IMG/VR virus record: IMGVR_UViG_3300025011_000019
Span: 32,001 to 96,000 of that record
DNA from: a virus
Direction: 5' to 3' (one strand)
DNA length: 64,000 nt
Shown: piece by piece, positions 19,484 to 31,633 of the stretch
Layout: each line of letters starts with the position of its first letter
Position numbering within the stretch: the first letter of the stretch is position 1
The notes under the pieces: generated by a model
What the model saw: only the letters and a program-made list of their open reading frames with translations
Databases searched by the model: none
What the model was told of the DNA's origin: nothing
Made by a program: the position numbers and the translations under genes

Positions 19484-21751
19484 ATGTATTATGGAGATCA
19501 AAGAGAATCAATGGTCAATCTGTCTTATGCATTAGAAGGCAAAGGTTGGGAAATTTTTGGTTATAGTGCGGATCAATCTGATTCCCAGTCTGATTATTAT
19601 CATCCTGCATCATGGGACGGTATTGCTACTAAAAATGGCTTTGTTCTCTGTGTAGATATTAAAGATTATCAAGTTCAAAATTCAGGCAAAGGAGTCTATG
19701 AGTACACAAAAAATTATACAAATGTTTCAGATTATTCTAAAATTCAAAAACTCCAAGCACTAGCTAATGATTCGGCAGCGAGTCCAGAAGAAAAAGACAC
19801 AGCACTAAAATTTATCGAGAAACTACATAATAATCAAGAAATCAAAGATCAAGACCGCGAAGCAACAAGAGTTTTAAAATATACTTATCCTATATTCCAA
19901 GCAAATCCTCCTTCTTGTAATTGGCATGTCGAAAAAGATGGTGTAATTTTAGCTAAAGGAAAAGGAGCTTTCCAATTTTCAGACCTCCCCTATGACTATG
20001 ATTGTTCAACAGGTTTACAAAAAACATGGAGAAGTAGAGAATGGACACCGGATGAGAAAGAGCAAAAAGTTATTAACAAATTCTTATCATTCGTTGCAAA
20101 AATAAATAATGTTGCATCGGGTGTGGCTAACATGGGCGATGGAACAGAAGAAACAGAACAGGAAGGATTAGAAGCCGAAAAGAATTCTGGTTATGAAACC
20201 ATCACTGTAACTGAATATAAAAGCGAAATTCAGGCTAATGAGATTGAAACACCAGAAACTTTAATTGTTGGAATGCATTTCAAATTAAAGGCAAGCTTTA
20301 CGCACTGTAATTCAGGAGATATTTATGTAATTACCACAATTCGTGAGAATCAATATAACAACAAGTGGTATATTACAGCATCGAGAATGAACCGCAAACT
20401 TAACAAAGTGTTAACTGGCAGAGCAACAGCAAGCAATAATTTTGACTGTGAACTTGAAAAGCTTAATACTTGGATAAGTAAAAAATTTATTTCCATCGTC
20501 GAACTTGAGGAAGTAAAAACGCCTTATCAAGTACAAAAATGTGTAAAAATTACAAGGGATAAGACCACTAAACCAACCCAAAAGAAAACTAAAATTGAAG
20601 ACGAAAAGACTGAAAATCCAATAACACCAGACCATGAAGAATACCAAGATGAAGTCTTGAGTGCCGATATAAGCGACACAACATCAATTAATGAAGAATC
20701 AGCAACCGAATTTATTCAGGCTTCCAAACGTCAATTATATGCCTTATATATTGGTACTAAGATCAAGACCACTGACCTAGTAATTAGCAAAGAAAAAGCA
20801 GGAGAATTGATATCTAAGAGTATCAAAGGAATCAATATCACTGAAGAACTTCAGGCATTTATAAATGGGGAGACCTTTATAACAGAAGTCTCAGAACCAT
20901 TGCAGGAATTAGAAGAGATTAAACAAGAGGAGGAAATTAAAATAATGGAAAATGTTGATAATATACTCAGTAAATTTGATGAAATAGAGGTGAAAAATAG
21001 TTCGCGTATCTCCTTAGATGATCAAACATTCTGCGAGGATCAAGAAAGAAACTACAATGAATTTATAAAATTCTCCAATGACTACATAAATTATCTAAAT
21101 GAAAATTCCTTATCAAATACATTCTATAACAGCGAGTCTTTAGTCAATGAGATGAATAAAACCAGAGATATTAAAAAGGATATGTTTATTTCTAAAGTGG
21201 TAAATTATTTTAGAGATAAATACAAAGTAACGCTAAAAAGCGAACCGATTCAAAAGAAGTATGATATTTCTGTAAAGTATGATATAATTGTCGATGAAGT
21301 CATAGAACAACTGGGAGGTTATAACTTCATTGATAAAGCAGAAAAAGAGATTAAAGACGAATTCAAAAACACTTTAAGACATGACAAAATTAAACTTAAA
21401 AATAAAAAACTATCAATTGAAAGTTTTTTTCAAACTGATTACTTTAGCATTAAGTATGGAACATATGAAGTTGGATATGGAAGCGATGAAAAGTTTTATA
21501 AGTTGTTCAAGGCCATGTCTCACTTTTTATATGAGAGTAACGAGAATCTTTTTGATAATGTATATAGCACTATAACTAGACAAAAAGATGATGATGTATT
21601 TAAAACTCATGAGATAATTGGCAAGGATATTATCAAAACTTTGAAAGTATATAAAAATGGAAAAATTGATTTAGAATTTAGCAACTCGGATCATATGCGA
21701 AAGTTTGCGAAGGATTACTGCGGATACACAGGTGATATTGCAGCCAAGTAA
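19484..21751 (+). CDS. Multidomain protein with a DUF2786-like helix pair and a C-terminal domain paralogous to the next gene
   Basis: KIQKLQALAND...PEEKDTA; the region from MENVDNILSKFDEI aligns with 21782-22609; ends in LKVYKNGKIDLEF, which resembles DUF4942. Confidence 0.65.
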   Translation: MYYGDQRESMVNLSYALEGKGWEIFGYSADQSDSQSDYYHPASWDGIATKNGFVLCVDIKDYQVQNSGKGVYEYTKNYTNVSDYSKIQKLQALANDSAASPEEKDTALKFIEKLHNNQEIKDQDREATRVLKYTYPIFQANPPSCNWHVEKDGVILAKGKGAFQFSDLPYDYDCSTGLQKTWRSREWTPDEKEQKVINKFLSFVAKINNVASGVANMGDGTEETEQEGLEAEKNSGYETITVTEYKSEIQANEIETPETLIVGMHFKLKASFTHCNSGDIYVITTIRENQYNNKWYITASRMNRKLNKVLTGRATASNNFDCELEKLNTWISKKFISIVELEEVKTPYQVQKCVKITRDKTTKPTQKKTKIEDEKTENPITPDHEEYQDEVLSADISDTTSINEESATEFIQASKRQLYALYIGTKIKTTDLVISKEKAGELISKSIKGINITEELQAFINGETFITEVSEPLQELEEIKQEEEIKIMENVDNILSKFDEIEVKNSSRISLDDQTFCEDQERNYNEFIKFSNDYINYLNENSLSNTFYNSESLVNEMNKTRDIKKDMFISKVVNYFRDKYKVTLKSEPIQKKYDISVKYDIIVDEVIEQLGGYNFIDKAEKEIKDEFKNTLRHDKIKLKNKKLSIESFFQTDYFSIKYGTYEVGYGSDEKFYKLFKAMSHFLYESNENLFDNVYSTITRQKDDDVFKTHEIIGKDIIKTLKVYKNGKIDLEFSNSDHMRKFAKDYCGYTGDIAAK

Positions 21752-21781
21752 CCAAAAAATTAAAAATTGGAGTGATTTATT

Positions 21782-22609
21782 ATGTTAAATTTATTGAGTA
21801 AATTCGATGAAATCAAAATTGAGAATGTAAACAGAATTGATGAGGAAGATAAAAAATTCTGTGAGATGTTCAACAAAATTTATGATGAAACATTAGTATG
21901 CTATAGGAACACCTTAGAAAGTTTAATATCCTTATATAATGAACAAATCCTGTTAGTAAAAAACAGTTATGATTTATGTATTTCAAAATATGGCGGTGGA
22001 AGGAACGATCTTAGTATTGACGGTGTTAAAAATGGCATTTTTCACGTAAAGGAAAATTTTATCAGTAAGATTTGTTATTATTTTAGCAGAAAATATAATG
22101 TTACTATTGATCACAGTAAAATTTATGAAAGATACAAAGATATTGAACTCCCCTACGGTAAACAAGAGAACAGAGATAAGACACTTAATATAAATTTGCT
22201 TGAATATGTACATATTGATTATAACATTATTTTGGATGAGATATTCGCTCAATTAAATGGTTTTAGTTTTCTTGAAAAGGCAATTGATGAAATTAAGCAA
22301 AAAGCAAAAATACCCTTACGTTGGTACGAACATCGTAAGTATTGGAATTATGAGGTTAAAGGTAAAACGATCAAATTTAGAACAAGTATAGATGATATTA
22401 AGTCAGCACTATATTTTTATGATAATAATGAAACACAGCTAATTGACTGCTACACTCATAACAAAGTTGATGATTATACAAGTTATGATAATGGTAATAC
22501 GAATATTAAGTTTATTAATTCTTCTTATGCTCTTGATTTTGCAAAAAGATATTTAGGATATATTGAAATGACTGAGGAGCAAAGAGAAGCATTTAAGAAA
22601 AGTTGTTAA
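21782..22609 (+). CDS. Paralog of the C-terminal third of the upstream protein
   Basis: LLSKFDEIKIENVNRIDEEDKKFCE versus ILSKFDEIEVKNSSRISLDDQTFCE; YFSRKYNVTI versus YFRDKYKVTL; QLNGFSFLEKA versus QLGGYNFIDKA. Confidence 0.8.
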   Translation: MLNLLSKFDEIKIENVNRIDEEDKKFCEMFNKIYDETLVCYRNTLESLISLYNEQILLVKNSYDLCISKYGGGRNDLSIDGVKNGIFHVKENFISKICYYFSRKYNVTIDHSKIYERYKDIELPYGKQENRDKTLNINLLEYVHIDYNIILDEIFAQLNGFSFLEKAIDEIKQKAKIPLRWYEHRKYWNYEVKGKTIKFRTSIDDIKSALYFYDNNETQLIDCYTHNKVDDYTSYDNGNTNIKFINSSYALDFAKRYLGYIEMTEEQREAFKKSC

Positions 22610-22631
22610 TTGAATTAAGGAGTTGAAGAGA

Positions 22632-25600
22632 ATGAAATACGCTATAACAAATGTTGTAATACCTCAAGAAAGACGCAAGGAAATAAATTCTAAATGTTTA
22701 TATGTTGTTGAAAATAATTTAGATGTATTAACTCAACAAGATGTATTTTCTTGCTATTCTGGCGAGGGTGGACTTCATGGTTTAGAATTTAAAGAGTTTG
22801 ATAACTATCATTCGTTCTCTGAAGCGAAAAAAGAAATAGAACTTGGAGCCTTCTTTACTCCTGCTACAATATCGAAATTTATGGCTGATTGTATAAAACC
22901 AAGTAATCAAGATTTAATTTGTGACATGACTTGTGGCGCAGGTTCATTCTTTAATTATCTTCCAGTCGAACACAATGTCTATGGTAATGAAATTGATATT
23001 AAATCTTATAAAGTTTCTAAATATCTTTATCCAAAAGCAAATATTTCTAATGATGATATTAGAAATTATGCACCAGACGTTAGATTCGATCTAATTCTTG
23101 GAAATCCTCCATATAACTTAAAATTAAGAGTAGGTAAAGAAGAATACCTTTCACAACTTTATTATTGTATGAAAGCTTCAGAACTTCTTAAACCTGCCGG
23201 ATTCATGGTATTAATTGTTCCTAATTCATTTCTAGCAGATACCTTCACAGATTCGGGAATGATTAAAACTATTAACAAATCATTTAATTTCATATGTCAA
23301 TTCGATCTTCCTACAAATGCCTTTAAATCAGTAGGGGTTGAAAACTTTGCAACAAAAATAATGTTCTTTCAAAAACAATCAGAACATTTATTGACTATGC
23401 CTTATACCACTGATAAAATTCCTAACATTTTCATTACAGATGCATATGCTGAGATCATACATAATCAATATCTACTTCCATACATAACTAAAAAGGAATC
23501 CTTAAAAGGCAAATTATTCTTTGAAAATGTACATAATAGTGATACTCAAGAGAATGCAGAATTTCAGTATAAAGTAAAAAAGATGTTATTTGCAATTAAA
23601 CAACATCCTGCAATTAATTCATATTATGGAAAATGCTTATCTTATTTAGATAAATTTAATACTCAGAAAATGCCAGAGGGTATGAAGTATGAGGAATGGT
23701 CTAAGGTTAAAATCACTGAGAAAAAAGTATTATCTTATCTTAAAAGAACATTGGCAAAACAATCTAAAAATGAACGTGATGAGATCCGATTAGTTAAAAC
23801 ATCTTATTCAATCAAGTTAAAGGGATATTCCCAAAAGAACAAAGTGTTTCTGTCTAAATATGCAGGAGAAAAGAATATCTCTATTAATGATATGATTATT
23901 TCTGGGAAATATCCTTTTGAAGATAAAACATATCAAAAATTAATTGATAAAAAAGTCAATGATTATAACTTTAATAGTTCTAATTTGCGTGAACTTCTTG
24001 CTAATTTAAACATATCTAATTTCCTTAATGAGTTTTCTCTTACAGATACATCCACAGGGGAAATATTACGCCTTAACGACATTCAAAAAAGTGACATGAA
24101 TAATATCATTCAAAGACGTTATAGTGTCCTTAATTACAGTATGGGTGCTGGTAAAACTCCATGTGGTATTGCATGGTATAAATATCTATTGTCCCAAAAT
24201 AAAGTCAGAAATGTATTTATTGTATCGGCAGCACTAGGAATAAATTTAACATGGGATGTAAAACTGAATGATTACAAAGAGGATTATATTAAAATTAAAT
24301 CATTAAAAGACATTAATTCTATTAAACCTAAACAAATTGTAATATTATCATTCAATATGTTAATTAAATATCAAAGACAAATTAAAAAGTTTATTAAAAT
24401 GCAATCTCAAAAAGTGGCTTTGATTGTAGATGAATCAGACGAATTGACTAATGATAAGTCACAAAGAACAAAAGTTACTTTAGATTGTTTTAGAAAGGTA
24501 AATTATAAACTCTTAACTACTGGAACTACTACACGTAATAATATTAATGAATTATACAGTCAACTTGAATTACTTTATAATAATTCTGTTAATATGTTGT
24601 GTGAAGCTGATTATATTTATAAATTCAATAAGGAGAAAGAACTTAAGGAAGAATACAATGAACATTATATGAACCCCTTTCCTGCTTATCATGGGAAAAA
24701 GTTGTTTGTTGCTAGTTTTTCACCATCTAAAATAAGTGTATTTGGTATTAAAAAAGATTGTCAGGACATTTATAACATTGAATATCTTCAGAAAATTATT
24801 GAAAAAACAATTATTACACGTAAATTTCAGGAGGTAGTTGGGCGTAAAATTTATGAGATTATTACTCATAGGATTAAACAAAATTCAGCAGAAAGAGAAG
24901 TTTATAAAGTAATTATGGAACAGTTTTATGAAATGCTTTATTTGTTTAGAAGTACTGGGAACAGTCGTAAAGACGCTATGTTACGTCTAATTAGGCAAAT
25001 TCAATTATTAATTAAATCAACTTCAACACCAGAACAATTTAAGGAATATGCTAGTACCGAAACGCCTAATAAATACTTAAAAATCTTTAGCTTATTAGAC
25101 AAGTGGAAAAATGAAAAAGTAGCAATTGGTACAGTATTCCTAGATACTGCAAATAGTTATTATTCTAAACTTCGTCAAAGGTATCCAGAACGAGAGATAT
25201 TTATGATTCAAGGCAATGTATCCTTTACTAAAAGAAAGAGCATTATAAGCCAATTTGAGGCAACTAGTAATGGAATTTTAGTTAGCACTCAACAAAGTTT
25301 AAAATCCAGTGTCAATATTCCAACTTGCGATAAGGTTATTATTGAGTCCATGCAATGGAATATACCAAAGATTAGTCAGTATTATTTTAGGTTTATTAGA
25401 TTCAATTCAACGCAAAATAAGGAAGTACACTTCGTAACCTACGATCACACGATTGAGCAAAATTTAATGGCCTTATTAATGGCGAAAGAAAGAATTAATG
25501 AGTATATCAAAACATTAGATTTTCAAGACCAAGAGGAAATTTATGAGGAATTTGACGTAGATTTGGGCATACTCGACGCACTAATAGAAAAGGGAGAAGA

Positions 25601-25649
25601 TGAGAATGGACATGTAAAGTTGACATGGGGAGAACAAAAGATAGTATAA
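22632..25649 (+). CDS. N6-adenine DNA methyltransferase fused to an SF2/SNF2-type helicase (DarB-like architecture)
   Basis: FFTP, DMTCGAGSF (SAM motif I), GNPPY (motif IV); SMGAGKT (Walker A), IVDESD (Walker B), TTGT (motif III). Confidence 0.85.
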   Translation: MKYAITNVVIPQERRKEINSKCLYVVENNLDVLTQQDVFSCYSGEGGLHGLEFKEFDNYHSFSEAKKEIELGAFFTPATISKFMADCIKPSNQDLICDMTCGAGSFFNYLPVEHNVYGNEIDIKSYKVSKYLYPKANISNDDIRNYAPDVRFDLILGNPPYNLKLRVGKEEYLSQLYYCMKASELLKPAGFMVLIVPNSFLADTFTDSGMIKTINKSFNFICQFDLPTNAFKSVGVENFATKIMFFQKQSEHLLTMPYTTDKIPNIFITDAYAEIIHNQYLLPYITKKESLKGKLFFENVHNSDTQENAEFQYKVKKMLFAIKQHPAINSYYGKCLSYLDKFNTQKMPEGMKYEEWSKVKITEKKVLSYLKRTLAKQSKNERDEIRLVKTSYSIKLKGYSQKNKVFLSKYAGEKNISINDMIISGKYPFEDKTYQKLIDKKVNDYNFNSSNLRELLANLNISNFLNEFSLTDTSTGEILRLNDIQKSDMNNIIQRRYSVLNYSMGAGKTPCGIAWYKYLLSQNKVRNVFIVSAALGINLTWDVKLNDYKEDYIKIKSLKDINSIKPKQIVILSFNMLIKYQRQIKKFIKMQSQKVALIVDESDELTNDKSQRTKVTLDCFRKVNYKLLTTGTTTRNNINELYSQLELLYNNSVNMLCEADYIYKFNKEKELKEEYNEHYMNPFPAYHGKKLFVASFSPSKISVFGIKKDCQDIYNIEYLQKIIEKTIITRKFQEVVGRKIYEIITHRIKQNSAEREVYKVIMEQFYEMLYLFRSTGNSRKDAMLRLIRQIQLLIKSTSTPEQFKEYASTETPNKYLKIFSLLDKWKNEKVAIGTVFLDTANSYYSKLRQRYPEREIFMIQGNVSFTKRKSIISQFEATSNGILVSTQQSLKSSVNIPTCDKVIIESMQWNIPKISQYYFRFIRFNSTQNKEVHFVTYDHTIEQNLMALLMAKERINEYIKTLDFQDQEEIYEEFDVDLGILDALIEKGEDENGHVKLTWGEQKIV

Positions 25650-25794
25650 GGCATAGAGGAAATGAACTAAAATGGTTTGTTTCCTCTCTTTGTTCCCTAT
25701 TATAAAGTAAAAAATAATTATTTATCTATTGCAATTTGTTTAGTTTTCATATAAAATAAGCAATAAGAAGCAAACTAGAAGGAGCGTGTAACTT

Positions 25795-28700
25795 ATGTCT
25801 AAATTAGCAGTACATAATGATGGTGTTTGCTCAGTGGTTGACCCATTCATAACAACTAATGAAAGATGTTTAACTTTTAAGTATGCAGGAAATGACAAAG
25901 TAGAGAAAGCAAAAAATCTTTCAAACTTATTAGATCAAAACAAAATAGATTATGTTTGCTATCTTGAAACAGGGAATTATTACCCTTGTCAATTTATCCT
26001 TAGAAGAAGTGGCAGAAAGTGGAATGATATAATGAAGTTGGTTAACAGTGTTCAATCTCCAAAATACGATTATGCTAAGATTGACTTCTATATAACTGAC
26101 GAAGTAAAGAAAAATGTTTTAGGTAAAATTCAAGTAATTCAATATTGTTAGTCCAATAAACCTTACATTTCCAATACTAAAATGGTATAATATGTATAAC
26201 AAAATCAACTAGAAAGAGGGAATTAAAATGGAAATTACTTTTGAACAACTGAAGAAAACTATGCTAAATGGATTAGAAGGAGAATTTAAAAGATCAATTG
26301 AAGGGATTATTGATTGCAGTGAGAAAATCGGAAAAACAGTTCCAGAAACAATGGATAAAATTACTAAGATATTATTAGGACAATAGGTTGATTGAAGGTT
26401 ACACACCAATAATTCTATAACAAATTGGCGTGTGACATTGAACCAAAATATTGTAGAAAGAAGGAATTATAATGAATTTATCAGAAATTACTCAAGATGC
26501 TTTTCAGATAATCAAAGATTTTAAACATGGTCATGGTCGTTATTCTTTGATTGTATCAAGTGAGTCAAAATATGGAGATTTTTCAATTGAATATCGAATG
26601 TTAAATAATGAAATTAATCAAATTTTGGTATCTGAGAGAATAGCACCTAATCATAGTTCTAAATTCGTGGTTACTCCAAATAATTTCCGTACTATCACAG
26701 AACAAGGATTCGAAGCAGACAAATTCTTTGATAAAATCATAAAGGAAATGAATTTTGATGCTGTAGAGGTTCGTTGTTTTCCAGCCGATATGGAAGAAAT
26801 ATATTGTCAAGAATTTAATATCTAGGTTGAAATCTGAGGTATTAGTATAACAATAACGATATGATCCCTCGACTTGAGTCTATAAATTAATTAGAAAGAG
26901 GGAATATATTATGGGTATGATTAAAGAAAATGCAATGGAATTAAAGGCTAAAATCGAGAACCGTCACACCTTCGAACCAATTAATTTAAAATGTAATGGC
27001 GGTACGTTCTATGGAAGAGGTTGCCTTAATTATGTAGATTCTGGTGATAATGTAAATGGAATTTGGTGGTTTTCTAATGGTAGTGTAGGTGGTAGTTTTG
27101 AGGCCAGTGAAGAATTTGTGCTAACCACTATCGGAATTAATTACCAAGAAATTAAGGAGTATTTTGAAGGATAAATCAATTAAGAAAGAAGGAATTATTT
27201 ATGTCTGAAATTTCAATTTGGCAATTAAACAGAACTGATAATCAAGGCAATATCATTTCAGGTTATCAAGACATTTCCAAAAACGTAACACGCGAACAGG
27301 CAATAACAGATTATCTTTACTACTTGGAGACCTCAGAAGGGATTGAAAATCCTAAGTGTGAGTGCATTGAAATTGATTGGGAATAAATTAATTGCATATG
27401 GAGAATAGGCAATAACAATAGTACCATAACAGAACCGTTATAACAGGTTGTTGCCTTCCTTTCGAGGTAAAGTTGACTAAATATGAAGGAGTGGAAATTA
27501 TGGAGAAAATTGACTCTATTAATATTCATTGTAGATGGTTTGATAGCAATACAGAAAGGGAGCGTATTCAAAGATTAATACTCAAAGGTAAAGTAGAAGG
27601 GGAAATAATCCAACATAACGAAACTGGAGAAGATTATTGGGGATGGTGGAAAAGATCCTAGTAAACAATAATTTTAAATGAAAAGGAGAAAAATTATGAA
27701 AAACTATTTAGTAGAATTAATACTTGAACCGAGACTACCACAAGGAAAATATATTGGGCGTAGGTATATAACTATTAAATTACCTGCTGATAATGAAATT
27801 GACGCAGGTAATTTTGCAAAAGAATCAATAGAAGTGTTATTGATTTCTAATGTATTGGTTATAGTAAATAAAGTATTGGAAAGTTAATGTCTAGGGGCAT
27901 TTAAAGCCCTTCTGAGCGTCAATAATGCTATAACAGTCATATATATCCATAACAGCAGAGTAAGGGACGTTCAGAAGAGTTCTGAAGACTCTAAAAATAA
28001 ATTGTTGGAGGTTATTTTATGAAAATATTGCAATTTGATTATCTTCAGGCAGAATATGATGGAGAAGTGCTAAAAGATTTTCTTATCGAACAGTTACCAC
28101 GCTTTATAAATTGTGAACAAATGCAAACATACATAAAATCATCCGATGGATTTTGGCAAGATGTTAGAAATGAAATAACAAAGCAAAAAAGAGTTAAAAG
28201 GTTCAGTGAATTAGAAGATTATAAATGGATATTAGATTACCTTAATTTTTTAGCTGACAGAGATTTAGCAAAGGCAATAAACAAAGGATTGAACACAAGA
28301 AATAAAAAGTATGCGGATCTTGAAAAATTCTTTATTAAATATTCAAAGGCAGCATGAATGTACCATTTGCTCAGGTTAACAAAAGGAGGAATAACAATTG
28401 ATTATTAATATTGATCCTTATCAAAATACCTTTTATTCTCGTAAAATCAATAATAATCTATACAGACATGAGGGCAGACAGAATACAATTGAATTTGTGA
28501 TTGATAGTAAAACTCCAAAGACTCAAGAAGAAATTCTCGATTTTTTAGAATCAAAGTCAATAGATTATCTATTAAATAGAGAAGGAACTATCATAGATAT
28601 TTAAAGAGTTTATGCTCTTTATCTTAAATCTATCATAACAGAAGCCCTATATAGGTTGATGGATTTAAGATAAAGGATATAAATCTAATCATTATATCCT

Positions 28701-29185
28701 AAAATAAAATCAAAGGAGGTAACAAAATGAGCAAATTAAAATTACTCCAAGAATTCAAAAACATTTGCGATACTCATTCTATTCCATTCACTTTTAAGTC
28801 ATTTGACATGTTTCTTACTCATATTTCTAAATAATCTTACATATTCTATATCAACTATAAACCAAAAATAAAATTATTGAAAGAAGGTAATCAAATGCAA
28901 AAACCTAAAAATATCAAAAACTTAACCCATTCTGCTTCAAAACTTAATATCTTATACTTAGGCAAAGAAATTGTTTACACAGGCACAGGACACTCCTTAA
29001 GACCTTATCGTGGAGAAATCATTAACATTGCTTATTACTCAGACCTTGAACCTGTTCCATATGCAGAAATCAAGTTAAAGATATGGAACAGCCGGACAGT
29101 AACTAAAATTCTTCCATTATCTGATGTTGTTTTGGTATCTTCTTTGAAGAAAACTAAAACTAAGAAATCTAAGATAGCAGCATAA
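25795..29185 (+). CDS. About 11 small hypothetical proteins, including 26228-26386 and 28727-28832 not in the track
   Basis: RBS-led ORFs separated by ATAACA hairpins; promoter TTGCAA-17-TAAAAT at 25729-25757. Confidence 0.65.
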
Positions 29186-29341
29186 TTCAATATCTTTTCT
29201 ATGGACACTGTAAAGCGTAAAATAATTATAACAATTGATTCCCATACGTTGTACAGTGTAATTCTTAAAAGGTATTAGTTAAACTCAATGCTAATATCTC
29301 AACTATTGTATAACAAAATCAAAAGGAGGACAGGAGATATC

Positions 29342-29671
29342 ATGTCAAAATTATCTAATGTAGAAATCATTGCAATTGAAGCATCTAAAAAAGAATATAT
29401 TTATAATGGTGAGAATATTTTTACTTTTGCTCAGTGGGAAAAGAGAGGATTCGGAGTTAAGAATGGGCAAAAAGCATTTATCAAGACTAGATTAATGAGT
29501 CAGGGAGAAAATCCAAGATCGATCCCAGTATCGCTTTATACCATCGAACAGGTAAAATATAACGAAGACTTATGGAATGGCAGACCTCGCAAACCACGAC
29601 AAATAAAAGATGAAATTGGTTATTATCTTGTAAGCAAGCAACGTACCCAGAGGGAAGTTATTATGGTATAA
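29342..29671 (+). CDS. ArdC-like ssDNA-binding domain protein
   Basis: IFTFAQWEKRGFGVKNGQKA matches the ArdC-N TFxQWxxxGxxVKKGEK motif. Confidence 0.6.
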   Translation: MSKLSNVEIIAIEASKKEYIYNGENIFTFAQWEKRGFGVKNGQKAFIKTRLMSQGENPRSIPVSLYTIEQVKYNEDLWNGRPRKPRQIKDEIGYYLVSKQRTQREVIMV

Positions 29672-29751
29672 TCTTGTAAATGTCATAACAGCCATAACAC
29701 GGACGTTCGAGAGGTTCAGAAGATATTTTTAAATTATTAGGAGGAATTATT

Positions 29752-30856
29752 ATGCAAAGTGGTTTACAGTCTAAAAATGAGTATATTCTATATCGTTCTA
29801 TGTATAACAATGAACTTCACAATGCTATAATGGATAAGGATGTTCAAGCGATTGAAATATTATTAGATGGATTAACAAAAGCACATTTGAAGAATTATGA
29901 TTTTAGCCTATATGATTCAAATACTTTTATTGATATTGATTATGTTTACAATGAGCACGTAAAACAAATTGAAGAATTGGAGGCATATTGTCGTGGTTTA
30001 TAAATTCAAGCAAGCAATTGTAAATGGTGATCAATATATTTATGGATTTGGATTTTATTTGTCAATTGTGAAGTGGTATAGGTAATTATCCCATAAGTCT
30101 ATTATTTAACTTATTCTAAATTAGAAAGGAAATGATAAAATGAAATTTGCAAAATATTATGATGTTACAAGTAAAATGAATCAACTAATTGATAAAGGTG
30201 AATTATTCTCCTATGCAAAAGACTACTATAAGAAGTTATTTATATGTATGGATACCAATGACTTTTGGATTAGTAGAGTGTTAGAGGGATATAACAGTGA
30301 GTATGACCAGGAACAGGGTAAATGGCTAATCGAGAGAGAAAAGATTGATAAATATGCTTTTATTGATTTCCTCTCAGAAAAGACTGATAAAAAGTATGAG
30401 GTTAACGACAGACATCAAAGAAAAGATATTATTGATAAAATACCAGTAGACAAAGTAATTAAATACCTAATATTAATGGATGATGATAGAGGACTTGAAG
30501 GTTGGGACAGTCTTGAATGTGATAGTTTAGAAGAAGTTATAGAAGCATTAGATGGTGGATTTGGAATTGAAGTATTGACATAAGAAAATTAGCATGAAAG
30601 CAAGCTTACTAGAAAGCAGAATTAAATTAAGGGAGAGTGTATTAATATGTTAGCAAGAACATTTGAACCATTTGACATGGAATCTTTTATTGAGTATGTG
30701 GAAAGATTGTTTGAAATATGGGACAGAATGGTTAAAAGAAATCAAAGAAATGATTTCTCCATTGGAGGCATTTTTAATGGTTTTAATGTAGTAGTTGATA
30801 GTAATTCAACAGTTGATTCTATAAAGTTAGCTTGGGTTAATTATTGGAAGGAATAA
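29752..30856 (+). CDS. Three hypothetical proteins (29752-30003, 30140-30583, 30647-30856)
   Basis: RBS-led ORFs. Confidence 0.7.
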
Positions 30857-30958
30857 ATTAACTGGTCTGATCCAGTATAAAACGCCTTAAGCTCAGAGCG
30901 TTAGCAGGGTTCATAACAATCCTGCTAGGTGGTATCAAAAAATAGGAGGTGCAATAAT

Positions 30959-31075
30959 ATGACAAAAGTGGTATGCCCAAACTGTAAAACTAGTTTTGAA
31001 AATTTTGAAATGAACATTAACCTAGAATCAGGTGAAGTAGAGTTCTTTTGTCCTGCTTGCGGAGAGAGTCTATAA
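30959..31075 (+). CDS. 38-aa zinc-ribbon peptide, not in the track
   Basis: MTKVVCPNCK...FFCPACGESL; AGGAGGTG RBS. Confidence 0.7.
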   Translation: MTKVVCPNCKTSFENFEMNINLESGEVEFFCPACGESL

Positions 31076-31363
31076 AAAGTAAAACTTAACGGAGTGAAGA
31101 AAGGAGTTAATTTAAAATGAACGAGTATAAAGTTGAAAAGAAACCACTAACAAAGAAAGAATATTTTCAAACACTTTCAGGCAATTTGGTTACATCAGAC
31201 GATCTTAACAAAATGTATAACAATTACCTTATGGGATTCTATGGTTATTATTAATCTGTGCTAGTGATTTAAGCCCATATTCGCTATAACAGCAGAGCAT
31301 ATGGGTTTGTGGGTTTATATCATAGTATTGGTTACTAAATTAAATCCAAAGGAGAGTGAATTA

Positions 31364-31633
31364 ATGAACGGTTGGTTATCCCCTGAAGGTAAATTTTACA
31401 GCACTTTCAATTTGCTTTCTCATTATAAAAAGGCTGAAGAAATAGCAGATTGGAATGAGATTAGTTTTAATATCATCGATCCCTTAACCAATACTCATCC
31501 TTGGTGTGCAGAAAGATTGTTGGAAGTCTTAGGTTGGGTAAAATTAGGTAGTGATGAAAGAATTATAGATTTAGATATTGATACTTTGACGGATAAGCAA
31601 ATCAAGTTTTTGTTGAAGCATAAATTAGTTTAA
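31364..31633 (+). CDS. Phage protein with GWLSPEG...H...LGWV motifs; paralog of 55152-55535
   Basis: Shared GWL..G.F, H..A, LLE.LGWVK and LT..Q...L motifs. Confidence 0.7.
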   Translation: MNGWLSPEGKFYSTFNLLSHYKKAEEIADWNEISFNIIDPLTNTHPWCAERLLEVLGWVKLGSDERIIDLDIDTLTDKQIKFLLKHKLV

